A stretch of DNA of 64,000 nt from Patescibacteria group bacterium (GTDB taxonomy: Bacteria > Patescibacteriota > Patescibacteriia > UBA9934 > GWF2-40-263), in assembly GCA_041661745.1 (NCBI GenBank), contig JBAZTR010000001.1:186471-250470 (forward strand), read 5' to 3'. A program made the translations under genes and the position numbers. Shown here piece after piece: positions 18,681 to 27,418 of the stretch; the stretch's first letter is position 1; the number at the start of each line of letters is the position of its first letter. The notes under the pieces are model-generated. The model saw only the letters and a list, made by a program, of their open reading frames with translations. It searched no databases and had not been told where the DNA came from.

Positions 18681-19139
18681 TTAAAGAATACCCGCTTCTC
18701 TGACTGCTTTAAAATGATTTAGGAATTGCGAATGGACTGGTTCTGGCATTTGATCAAAAGCGAACCAACCAAGCTCGTCGATTTTGTTTGGCTCGCCGTT
18801 TATAACTTGTGTCGGATCAACTTGCGCCACAAAAAGAAAAGCAATCCAATGGGTTGGCGTGCCATTATTATCGCGCAAAACATTTTTAACAGTGGCAAAT
18901 TTTAAATCGATCGTTTCAACACCGTATTCCTCACGAATTTCTCGTCGCACGGCGTCTTCGGGGGTTTCGCCGAATTCCATTGATCCACCACCGCAATCCC
19001 AATGACCTTGCTCGTCACGACAATTGCAACTTCGCTTGTGAAGAAGAAGGTTGCCCTTACCATCGTGACAATAGAAAACACAAGTTACGCCAATATAATC
19101 AACGCCGCGTTTTAAATCTTTTTGAATGTAGTCAGACAT
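18681..19139 (-). CDS. NUDIX hydrolase
   Basis: The Nudix box GGGSMEFGETPEDAVRREIREEYGVE is present. Confidence 0.8.
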   Translation of the reverse strand: MSDYIQKDLKRGVDYIGVTCVFYCHDGKGNLLLHKRSCNCRDEQGHWDCGGGSMEFGETPEDAVRREIREEYGVETIDLKFATVKNVLRDNNGTPTHWIAFLFVAQVDPTQVINGEPNKIDELGWFAFDQMPEPVHSQFLNHFKAVREAGIL

Positions 19140-19142
19140 AAA

Positions 19143-19667
19143 TTAAAGAAGTTTTAAATAATCCAAACCAAGGTAACCAGCTTCGACATCAGTCATTTCG
19201 CCTTGGCGAAGAATATTTCTAAATTCGTCTAGCGAAACTTCCATCACTTCACCATTTTCGTTTTCATTGTGTTGCGGCTCACAAACCTTTTTACAATCTC
19301 GCGCCACAAAACAGTAACGGTGCATGTCGGTATAGGCACAATCCCAACAGCGAGTAACAAATTCTATCTCACCTTTGTATCCTGTTTCTTCCAATAACTC
19401 CCTGGCGATTGCTTGTTCCGGAGTTTCATTCTTTTCCATCATACCACCAGGCATTTCCGCCAGAAGGCAGCCGGGGCCGGGACGAAATTGTTTAAACAAG
19501 ATGACTTTATTTTCCGAGGTTAGGGCAAGAACAACCACCGGGTGGCCGTCGCGACGCAAATAAAAATCAACCTGCCGACCGTCGGGCATTTCCAACATCA
19601 CCTTATCAATAGCCCGTCCGTATTTTTTAAAGACTTCCTCGCGAGAAATTTCTTTTGGCAAGTTCAT
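19143..19667 (-). CDS. NUDIX hydrolase (second copy)
   Basis: The Nudix box MPGGMMEKNETPEQAIARELLEETGY is present. Confidence 0.75.
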   Translation of the reverse strand: MNLPKEISREEVFKKYGRAIDKVMLEMPDGRQVDFYLRRDGHPVVVLALTSENKVILFKQFRPGPGCLLAEMPGGMMEKNETPEQAIARELLEETGYKGEIEFVTRCWDCAYTDMHRYCFVARDCKKVCEPQHNENENGEVMEVSLDEFRNILRQGEMTDVEAGYLGLDYLKLL

Positions 19668-19672
19668 AATCT

Positions 19673-20167
19673 TTAATCAACCTGTGCGAACAGAACAACG
19701 TAATTCTTTCCATACGCTTTGGCGCACTTCGGACAAGTGGTATAGGAAAAATACATTTTCTTAATTTCTTTTCCCTGCCCCTTCACGTAAGTTTCCATTT
19801 CCTTGGCCCACTTGCCAGCATCTTGATACGGTCCTTCAAAAACTTTTGTTAAAAATGTGCCGAAAATTTTGGCCATTTCCGCACCCGGAACATCTTTCGT
19901 CACATCAATGTAAATATCAGAACCCCAAAGTGATTTCTCATCGGTTAGCATGAGTTGATAAGGTGCCTTGGCCCCGGCTTTTTCAATCAAAGCCATGTTC
20001 TTGATGACTTTCTTTCCAAAATTAAGAGGAATATGAAGAAAGCTGGCGACATGATCTTTGACAAAAGTTTTGTCAGTCCAGACGATTTCTTTTTCTTGCC
20101 ACGGAGCTGGATCAAAAATATCGCAACAACCGGTTGGGGTTATTTGTTCGGACATAAAATTATTCAA
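19673..20167 (-). CDS. hypothetical protein
   Basis: 164-aa ORF, compact with its neighbours, no motif recognised. Confidence 0.4.
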   Translation of the reverse strand: MNNFMSEQITPTGCCDIFDPAPWQEKEIVWTDKTFVKDHVASFLHIPLNFGKKVIKNMALIEKAGAKAPYQLMLTDEKSLWGSDIYIDVTKDVPGAEMAKIFGTFLTKVFEGPYQDAGKWAKEMETYVKGQGKEIKKMYFSYTTCPKCAKAYGKNYVVLFAQVD

Positions 20168-20684
20168 ATTTTAAAGTTCCGAAAATATGCATGATTTCGG
20201 CTTCCTGGAAACCATCTTCGTCAGTAAAATAGGTCTTAAAGCCAACAAATCTTGTTCCGTTTTGTTTTACGTATTCAGTAACATCAAAATGTTCCTTCAT
20301 TCTCATCTTCCAGATTATTTCTTCGTCAATATGAATTCGTTCTATTTCAAAACCTTCTTGATCATCAGGCCACTCGGAAACTTTTGTATCAAACTCTTCT
20401 TCCAAAAATTCTTGAGCCGTGCCATTAAAAGTCGCGTTAACAAAAGCAATGTCAGGCAAAGTGGCAGTATCAGAACCGACCGGTGGGTTTAAAGACATTT
20501 CATATCGGTCGCTTTCCCACAAACCTTTTTCGCTAGCTGTGTATTCAGCCGGATATTCAAAAGAAAAATCAGAGCCACGATAGATTTTTACGGTATCACT
20601 ACCCGAAAAAGATCGGGCGACCCAGACAAGAATAATGAAAACTGCGACGATTGCTAGAATAGCAATGGGATATTTTAATTTCAT
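20160..20684 (-). CDS. hypothetical membrane-anchored protein
   Basis: 174-aa product with an N-terminal TM (IAILAIVAVFIILVWV). Confidence 0.4.
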   Translation of the reverse strand: MKLKYPIAILAIVAVFIILVWVARSFSGSDTVKIYRGSDFSFEYPAEYTASEKGLWESDRYEMSLNPPVGSDTATLPDIAFVNATFNGTAQEFLEEEFDTKVSEWPDDQEGFEIERIHIDEEIIWKMRMKEHFDVTEYVKQNGTRFVGFKTYFTDEDGFQEAEIMHIFGTLKFE

Positions 20685-20702
20685 AAAAAATTGGATTATT
20701 TT

Positions 20703-21191
20703 TTAAATTATGTGTTTATATTCGTATGATAAAAGGTTAAATTCGGCTGCCAGGTATTCGGCTATTCCCTCCTCGTGCCACAAAACGAATTTTTCAATCC
20801 CGACATCCAAAACCATGCGACTGCACACCGTGCACAACGGCTGACCGGATTTTTCCACTCCACCATTTTCATCAACTCGAGAAAAATAAATCGTTGCCCC
20901 TTTAACATCTTTTGAATTCCTTCTTAAGGCATCAAAAACCGCCCGCCATTCCGCATGTACACAACAGGTACGATCGTATTTTGGTTTGCCTGGCGGAAAA
21001 TCTTTTCCACAGACGCGATTTTCTTCTTTATCCAAAGGTGGGGCGGTATACCCTTCACCGATAATCTTACCTTCTTTAACAATAACCGCGCCACATTTTG
21101 CTTTTAAACAAAGAGCCTTCTTAGCGACTTCGGTAGCTTTCAACAGCCACCCCTTCGCTTCTTCTTCCCGCTGGCCTTTTAAAAATTCCAT
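20703..21191 (-). CDS. CMP/dCMP deaminase family zinc-binding protein
   Basis: The product has the C(V)HAE...PCxxC zinc signature (CCVHAEWRAV ... PLCTVCSRMV). The start was moved to MEFLKG. Confidence 0.7.
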   Translation of the reverse strand: MEFLKGQREEEAKGWLLKATEVAKKALCLKAKCGAVIVKEGKIIGEGYTAPPLDKEENRVCGKDFPPGKPKYDRTCCVHAEWRAVFDALRRNSKDVKGATIYFSRVDENGGVEKSGQPLCTVCSRMVLDVGIEKFVLWHEEGIAEYLAAEFNLLSYEYKHII

Positions 21192-21202
21192 AAATTCTGA
21201 AA

Positions 21203-21544
21203 TTACTCCACTTCTTTGTACTGCTCCGGATTCCAGGCTGGGGCACACGGCACAAACAAAGTTAAATTACCGTCCCAAAAATATTTTTCTCCCGGTTGAA
21301 TTAATATCAAATCACCTTCTTTGAGATTAGTCTCTTTGTCGTCAACCGCAACTTTCCCGGAGCCTTTAATCACATAAGCTAATTCTTTACACTTCAAATT
21401 TACCACTCTTCCTTTTTCCGGATACCTGCCGGTCAATTCAATAATAGCACCATTTAAATCTTTGTCCTCCATGGAATATTCAAGTGCCGCACAAAATTTA
21501 CCGTTATTAAATTTCTCTGCTTGGTCTTTGTAAACGACTTTCAT
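21203..21544 (-). CDS. cupin-domain protein
   Basis: The beta-barrel cupin segment G..E.H.H....E..YVIKG.G.V.V is recognisable. The ORF is 21203..21688. The start was moved to MKVVYKD to remove the 136-nt overlap. Confidence 0.5.
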   Translation of the reverse strand: MKVVYKDQAEKFNNGKFCAALEYSMEDKDLNGAIIELTGRYPEKGRVVNLKCKELAYVIKGSGKVAVDDKETNLKEGDLILIQPGEKYFWDGNLTLFVPCAPAWNPEQYKEVE

Positions 21545-21551
21545 ACTTTTT

Positions 21552-21980
21552 TTATACTTCTCGAAAAAGTTCGACTTCGCTATTAAGAACGATCGGCTTA
21601 AAAGAAGCCACCTCATGTGCCCATCTGTGGACATTAGGATCAGGATGAGGATACATGAGATAAATCTTTTTACCGAGATAATAGGCAAGCCCCATTTCCA
21701 TTAACGAAGAGGTTCCGATATATCCTTCAATTCCGTTTTTTGGCAGGTTGAGAAAAACTACAGCATCGCTTCCAGCAAGAAGATCAAAACATTTTTTTAT
21801 AATATTATTTTCAATCAGATGCTGACGATCGTTATCTAAATCGTCAATGAGGTCGGGTTTTCCTACATGCAATTCGGCATCACACGGCACAGCTACGTCG
21901 TGTCCAAAACCTCTCAGTTGGTTTTGAAGTTCAACCATTTCTTTTGCGAAACTCATACTGCCACAAATCATGATTTTCAT
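21552..21980 (-). CDS. nucleoside 2-deoxyribosyltransferase-like (Rcl/DNPH1-like) protein
   Basis: 142-aa product MKIMICGSMSF...VVFLNLP...GTSSLMEMGLAYYLGKKIY. The resemblance to the family is by eye only. Confidence 0.4.
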   Translation of the reverse strand: MKIMICGSMSFAKEMVELQNQLRGFGHDVAVPCDAELHVGKPDLIDDLDNDRQHLIENNIIKKCFDLLAGSDAVVFLNLPKNGIEGYIGTSSLMEMGLAYYLGKKIYLMYPHPDPNVHRWAHEVASFKPIVLNSEVELFREV

Positions 21981-22426
21981 ACTTGCAAAAATTTTTCTAT
22001 AATTTCAATGTCCTTCAGGTCTTTTTCTCGCCCCTTCATTCTCTTCCATTCAAGCACGGTTTCCAATCTTACGAAAGGAAGACCATCGATTGTTTCCGCC
22101 TCTTCGATTAATTGTTTAAGATCCCATTGTCCCGGTTTCCAATTTTTCCACAATTCAATTTCACCATTACAAAGATAAGGACTGCCATCAGGCATTGTCT
22201 TTATCTCCCAATTTTTGTCTTTGTATTCGTTCCACAAATCTTCCGTTACAATTATATCCACATCGTGACAATCCCTCAGTTTTCTTATTCCCAAAGGAGC
22301 GCTTCCAAATAAAGCGTATTTACCTACTGGTAATTTCAGTTCTCTTACTTTTTGGAACAAATCTTCGTTGCTCATATTATTTTCGTAACACTTTTTACAC
22401 TTCTTTTTTTCCAATGATTCGTATTT
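21977..22426 (-). CDS. putative minimal nucleotidyltransferase-fold protein
   Basis: The segment FGSAPLGIRKLRDCHDVDIIV fits the GS...D.D NTase motif. Assignment is weak. Confidence 0.35.
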   Translation of the reverse strand, partial: KYESLEKKKCKKCYENNMSNEDLFQKVRELKLPVGKYALFGSAPLGIRKLRDCHDVDIIVTEDLWNEYKDKNWEIKTMPDGSPYLCNGEIELWKNWKPGQWDLKQLIEEAETIDGLPFVRLETVLEWKRMKGREKDLKDIEIIEKFLQV

Positions 22427-22973
22427 CATCCCCTTCAACAAGAATTGCCTGATTGTCTGTTAACTTAACAACCTCGTCTTTATTCGAACCGCTTTCACAA
22501 TGGACATCGATAATCAGATCAACCAGTCCCATCCCCGAATAATCCGTCATATTTATCTCGTTCAAATCGGCCCCTTCAGCGAATTTGATACTGCGGCCCG
22601 CGACAAGTGTTCCGGCGCTAACCCCAATATATCTTCCGCCATTGTTCAAGAATTCCCGAAGCGCCTTTTCGAAGCCACTTTTTCTAATCGCATCAATAAG
22701 ATAAAAAGTGTTACCACCCTGAACATATACGACGTCAATATTTTTCAAAAGGTTTCGTAAATCTTCTTCGTTTTTACCATCGAGATCGATATCGGTAACT
22801 TGCCACTCCAGTTCTTTCATCACTTTTATATCATCGCGCACAAAGTCGATAACCTTCTCACGCTTGGCGGCCGTTAACACATGCAAAACACGCACAGGAG
22901 GTTTAACTTCCGAAACAAATTCTTCGATCTCTTTTCTTAAATGCATTCCGGCGGAGGTTAGGAGAAGTTTCAT
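22395..22973 (-). CDS. peptidase S51 (peptidase E/cyanophycinase-like, class-I glutamine amidotransferase-like fold)
   Basis: MKLLLTSAG...VYVQGGNTFYL...GVSAGTLVAG matches the S51 Ser-His-Glu family. Confidence 0.6.
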   Translation of the reverse strand: MKLLLTSAGMHLRKEIEEFVSEVKPPVRVLHVLTAAKREKVIDFVRDDIKVMKELEWQVTDIDLDGKNEEDLRNLLKNIDVVYVQGGNTFYLIDAIRKSGFEKALREFLNNGGRYIGVSAGTLVAGRSIKFAEGADLNEINMTDYSGMGLVDLIIDVHCESGSNKDEVVKLTDNQAILVEGDEIRIIGKKEV

Positions 22974-22975
22974 AT

Positions 22976-23329
22976 TTAAGCCCCGTGGCACTTTTTAAAC
23001 TTTTTACCACTGCCGCAAAAACAATTCGAAAGTTCGCGTTCTAACAAATAGATCTCGCCCGGCACGCCGGACATGGTTGACGCCTCTCGCAACTGTGCCA
23101 AGCGATGATACTTTCCTTCTTCTGTGCCAGATTTCGTTATCTCCCTACTTTCATCTAAGATTTTCTTCCAATCTTCTTGCGACAACAACGGGTCGTCCAA
23201 TCTTCTCTCCCATTCAGCACGACGCTCAATAATCTCTTTTGGAATTTCAACAGGGTGAGTTTTAAGCCATTCTTCCATGGCGTCAAAAGATTTCTCTAAA
23301 GATTCCGCTGAAGATGATTGTTCGGGCAT
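22976..23329 (-). CDS. small SEC-C motif (CxCGSGKK..KCHG) protein
   Basis: The C-terminus is CFCGSGKKFKKCHGA. It lies immediately downstream of secA, whose own C-terminus is CPCGSGKKYKKCHGK. Confidence 0.55.
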   Translation of the reverse strand: MPEQSSSAESLEKSFDAMEEWLKTHPVEIPKEIIERRAEWERRLDDPLLSQEDWKKILDESREITKSGTEEGKYHRLAQLREASTMSGVPGEIYLLERELSNCFCGSGKKFKKCHGA

Positions 23330-23337
23330 ATTAAAAA

Positions 23338-26079
23338 TTATTTTCCATGACACTTTTTGTATTTTTTTCCACTTCCACAAGGACATGGCTCGTTGCGACC
23401 AACTTGTTTTTGAGCAACCCCGGGGGCGCCCCCGGAAGTTGCGATCGCGGCCGCGGCGCCGGGTTTGCTGGAAGCAAGAACCGCACCGGCACGTTCGAAC
23501 AAAGTTCGGCCGCCTAAAGTAGCCTGGCGAACTTGAACGGCATGCACAGCAACTTTGAAGAAAGAGTTGGCAATTTCAATATTAACCCCACCAAGCAAAC
23601 GATTGAACATGCCGAAAGCTTCTTTTTTGTATTCAACCAACGGATCCATTTGTCCGTAACCGCGGAGGCCGATGCCGGTGCGCAGTTGCGTCATGGCCGA
23701 AAGGTGGTCTATCCACAAGCGATCGATCGAACGTAAAATAACATTACGCTCAAGCTCCTTAAGTTTATTTCGGTCGCCCATTTTTTCCTCAACCGTCTTG
23801 TAAGCTTCGCGAGCCGCTTCGACAATAGTTTCGATAATTTTGGTTCGGCCAGTGGCCAAAACTAATTTCTCTTTACCTTCGCCAAGTGTGCAAGCCTCAA
23901 GTTTTTTCCGCGCTTCAGCGGAAAGCGGAATCATGGTTTGCACCACTTCGATAATTTCTTTGGGATTAAAATCACCGGGTTTCTTTTCCACTGTCTCGCC
24001 AGTGTGAAACATAACCACCTGCTCAATTTCGTCTTCAACAATTTCTAAAATTTTATTTTTAAGAGCTTCGGGGTCATCTTTTTCAAAAGCTTCGACGATT
24101 TCACGGCGACGGGAGTACATGAGCTCGCGGTGTTTATTTAAAACGTCATCGTAATCAATTAAATGTTTACGAATGTCAAAGTGATGGCCCTCAACGCGAT
24201 GTTGGGCTTTTTCAATAGACGAAGTGACCATACCGTTTTCGATTGGCTGATCGTCGGGAATGCCAAGTTTATCCATCATGCCTTTAACTCTATCGGAACC
24301 GAAAATGCGCATGAGATCATCTTCCATGGAAACATAGAACTGTGTCGCCCCCGGATCGCCCTGACGACCGGCGCGACCACGAAGCTGATTATCAATGCGG
24401 CGCGATTCATGGCGCTCGGTACCAATAACAATAAGACCACCAAGAGCTTTAACCTTCTCGGCTTCTTCTTTATCTGGCGGATTACCACCAAGCACAATGT
24501 CAACGCCGCGACCGGCCATGTTAGTGGCCAAAGTTACTCCACCGGTTCGACCGGCTTGGGCGATAATTTCGGCTTCACGCTCGTGGTTTTTAGCGTTCAA
24601 AATGTTGTGCGGCACGCCTTCACGAGTAAGAAGCTGACTTAACATTTCATTTTTTTCAATCGAAATGGTGCCAAGCAAAACCGGCTGGCCTTTTTCGTGA
24701 AGTTTTTTAACTTCACGGGCCACGGCTGTAAACTTACCGACTTCGTTTTTGTAAACACGATCGGTTAAATCATCTCTTTGCGAAATTTTATTGGGTGGAA
24801 TAGTGGTAACTTCCAAACTGTAAATCTTACCGAATTCTTCGGCTTCGGTGGCGGCCGTACCAGTCATACCAGCCAGCTTGTCGTACATGCGGAAATAATT
24901 TTGGAAAGTAATGGTGGCCAAGGTTTCACTTTCGTTTTGAACCTTAACACCTTCTTTCGCCTCAATGGCTTGGTGCAGACCTTCGGAATAGCGACGGCCT
25001 TCCATTAAACGACCAGTGAATTCGTCGACAATAATCACTTCGTTGTTTTTAACCACGTAATCTTTGTCGAGTTTATATAAAGCGTGAGCTCGCAAAGCTT
25101 CTTCGGCATGATGAGCTTCGGCCCCGGTGCCGGCGTAAATATTTTCGATGCTTAACGCTTTTTCGAGTTTAGCAATGCCCTCAGCGGTTAAAGCCGCGGA
25201 ACGCATCTTTTCGTCGATGTTGTAATCTTCGCCTTCTTTCAAAAACTTAACAGCTGCAGCGAAACGCGTGTACATGTCAGTCGATTCCTCGGCTGGCGCG
25301 GAAATGATAAGCGGCGTGCGAGCTTCGTCGATTAAAATCGAGTCAACTTCGTCGACAATGGCGTAATGAAGCGGCCGCTGAGCCATTTGTTTGGTGGTGT
25401 AAACCATGTTGTCACGCAAAAAGTCGAAACCGTATTCATTATTTGTGCCGTAAGTAATATCGGCTTCGTAGGCTTCACGACGCGAGCATGGACGCAAATA
25501 ATCCGTATGGACGCGGAACGAGCCGGTTGAGTCGCGCTCTTTATCGTGTTCGCCCTCGGTCTCTTCGGTATGTTTAAAAGTTGGATCGTAAATAAAAGCC
25601 TGGTCGTGTTGAATACAACCAACCGTAAGACCAAGAGCGTGATAAACCTGACCCATCCACACCGAATCGCGCTTGGCCAGATAATCGTTGACCGTAACCA
25701 AGTGACAACCCTTCCCTTCCAAAGCGTTTAAATAAAGTGGTGCGGTTGCGGTAAGAGTTTTACCTTCACCGGTTCTCATTTCAGCAATGTTGCCTTCGTG
25801 CAAAACAATGCCACCCATAAGCTGGACATCGTAATAGCGCTGACCCAAAACACGCTTGGAGGTTTCGCGAGCCACAGCAAAAGCTTCGGGCAATAAATCA
25901 TCAAGAGTGGTACCGTTTTTTAAACGTTCACGAAACTCAACAGTTTTGTTTTTGAGTTGCTCGTCGGAAAGCGAAATAAGGCTTGGTTCAAACGAGTTGA
26001 TTTGATCAACTTGTTTATGGAGCTTAGCCAAAACCTTTTTATTAGGATCGCCGAAAATAAGATTAACAAAGTTAGACAT
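23338..26079 (-). CDS. secA: preprotein translocase ATPase SecA
   Basis: The 913-aa product has a DEAD-like motor (MRTGEGKTLTATAP, VDEVDSILIDEARTPLIIS) and a C-terminal SEC-C zinc motif. Confidence 0.95.
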   Translation of the reverse strand: MSNFVNLIFGDPNKKVLAKLHKQVDQINSFEPSLISLSDEQLKNKTVEFRERLKNGTTLDDLLPEAFAVARETSKRVLGQRYYDVQLMGGIVLHEGNIAEMRTGEGKTLTATAPLYLNALEGKGCHLVTVNDYLAKRDSVWMGQVYHALGLTVGCIQHDQAFIYDPTFKHTEETEGEHDKERDSTGSFRVHTDYLRPCSRREAYEADITYGTNNEYGFDFLRDNMVYTTKQMAQRPLHYAIVDEVDSILIDEARTPLIISAPAEESTDMYTRFAAAVKFLKEGEDYNIDEKMRSAALTAEGIAKLEKALSIENIYAGTGAEAHHAEEALRAHALYKLDKDYVVKNNEVIIVDEFTGRLMEGRRYSEGLHQAIEAKEGVKVQNESETLATITFQNYFRMYDKLAGMTGTAATEAEEFGKIYSLEVTTIPPNKISQRDDLTDRVYKNEVGKFTAVAREVKKLHEKGQPVLLGTISIEKNEMLSQLLTREGVPHNILNAKNHEREAEIIAQAGRTGGVTLATNMAGRGVDIVLGGNPPDKEEAEKVKALGGLIVIGTERHESRRIDNQLRGRAGRQGDPGATQFYVSMEDDLMRIFGSDRVKGMMDKLGIPDDQPIENGMVTSSIEKAQHRVEGHHFDIRKHLIDYDDVLNKHRELMYSRRREIVEAFEKDDPEALKNKILEIVEDEIEQVVMFHTGETVEKKPGDFNPKEIIEVVQTMIPLSAEARKKLEACTLGEGKEKLVLATGRTKIIETIVEAAREAYKTVEEKMGDRNKLKELERNVILRSIDRLWIDHLSAMTQLRTGIGLRGYGQMDPLVEYKKEAFGMFNRLLGGVNIEIANSFFKVAVHAVQVRQATLGGRTLFERAGAVLASSKPGAAAAIATSGGAPGVAQKQVGRNEPCPCGSGKKYKKCHGK

Positions 26080-26617
26080 AACGCACCTATTATGGAGTTT
26101 TGTGAAGAAAAAAGCAAGAATCGTTTCTTTCCTCTTCCCCTCTATCCCCCTCTCCAGAGGAGAGGGGGAAGTTTCGCCCCGTGTCTCCGCTCCTCGGACA
26201 GCTAACCGCCTTCAGCGGCCTGGCTCGCTAACTCGCTGGCCAACTGCGCCGAGTAAGTGGCACTCACCCCTCGGCTTGTTGGCTGCACTCGAACAGAGGC
26301 TCGCCTTCCGACCTACGGAACCGGCCGCTTCAGCCGGGCTGTCCTCCGGGGCTCGACGCGGGGCGGTCTTTTTTGAAACACCTAACCCACCCTTTAGTTC
26401 GCGCATGAGACCGTTGTTAGTAAACACGAAAAGGTAGCCGATTGCTTTATCTTCTTGAAGTATCGTGCAAAGGCGATGTTTAAGAGAACCACCAAGAGGA
26501 GAAAAGAAAAGCTTGGGCGACGAACAAAGGGTGGTTTAAAAAAGCCCTTTCTTTTCCCACTTTTCTTTGGGCTAGCAAAGAAAAGTGGAAGAGGAAGAAG
26601 ATTAAAGAGAATCTAAA

Positions 26618-26652
26618 AAACAGTTGAGTTTTAATTCAACTGTTTTCCTTCT
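26618..26652 (-). terminator. rho-independent terminator after hpf (bidirectional hairpin AAAACAGTTGA..TCAACTGTTTT)
   Basis: An 11-bp inverted repeat with flanking A/T runs lies 10 nt downstream of the hpf stop. Confidence 0.6.
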
Positions 26653-26660
26653 CAGACAAA

Positions 26661-27005
26661 TTATACCTTATCTGGTCGTGGTTCGTGTTTTCCATCAACT
26701 AATCTATCTTTGAAATCCACCACCTGCCGACGCAAATCATCTTTCATCAAATCAACAGCTTCATATAAATCTTCGGCTTCAGTACGGGCGCGAAGAACCA
26801 CACCTGGCACGGTCAAATTGGCTTCAGCAAAAAAGAATGGACCTTTAGCATGATGCTCGGAAGTTTTACCAATTTCAAGCGACACTTCCGGTTCCGGTCG
26901 AAAATCAACGGTTAGTTTTTCCAAAGACAGCAACTTTTCTTCAACGTAGCTCTTAATAGCCTCGGTCATTTCCATATTGGTCGCCTTGTTCGAAACGATT
27001 CTCAT
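26661..27005 (-). CDS. hpf: ribosome hibernation-promoting factor (HPF/RaiA, short form)
   Basis: The 114-aa product has the N-terminus MEMTEAIKSYVEEKL typical of HPF/YfiA. Its position upstream of secA matches the conserved hpf-secA pairing. Confidence 0.75.
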   Translation of the reverse strand: MRIVSNKATNMEMTEAIKSYVEEKLLSLEKLTVDFRPEPEVSLEIGKTSEHHAKGPFFFAEANLTVPGVVLRARTEAEDLYEAVDLMKDDLRRQVVDFKDRLVDGKHEPRPDKV

Positions 27006-27129
27006 ATAGTAAAAATTAGTTCTTCTAATAATAGTTTATTAAAAAATTCGGTTCTTGACAAATGGGCTAAAAAGAGGTAATTAATTCACACCCCCTTCTA
27101 CCCAAATGACTTTCGTTCGAGGAGACGTA

Positions 27130-27381
27130 ATGGAAGTCGGGAACGTTCAGCGACAGGTTGCCAGAATTCTATGTCTTGTTACAGGAGTAGAGGAAAACAG
27201 GATCCTTGGTGACCTCGGACAACACCTGATCGACGATTTCAATGCCGACAGTTTTGATTTCGTCAATCTAGTTATCAAGTTAGAAAGCCGGTTCGATTTA
27301 GAGATTCCCGACGAGATCGTGGAGGAGAGGTTCACGACCGTGGGGAGCATTGTTGAATACATTACGGCCCGTCTCGCTTAA
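27130..27381 (+). CDS. acpP: acyl carrier protein
   Basis: DSFDFVNLVIKLESRF...IPDE matches the ACP phosphopantetheine-attachment motif DSL(D/F). GGAG lies 8 nt upstream of the ATG at 27130. The ORF track starts at 27106. Confidence 0.6.
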   Translation: MEVGNVQRQVARILCLVTGVEENRILGDLGQHLIDDFNADSFDFVNLVIKLESRFDLEIPDEIVEERFTTVGSIVEYITARLA

Positions 27382-27418
27382 AAAGAGGAGAGCACTCACC
27401 GTCGATAACACGACGGTT

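Noticed and set aside
26170-26420. Possibility that the GC-rich spacer is RNase P RNA, tmRNA or an rRNA fragment
   Set aside because: No GGAAAGUCCGGGCUCC / AGGGUGAAA RNase P blocks were found. No tmRNA tag-reading frame or 3' tRNA-like end was found. It is too short for rRNA. Only a loose SRP domain-IV-like stretch was seen, so it is left as an unclassified candidate.
26102-26437. 111-aa + ORF and 71-aa minus ORF in the GC-rich hpf-secA spacer
   Set aside because: Low-complexity Pro/Arg/Ala/Ser translations with no RBS. The region is better explained as a structured non-coding element.
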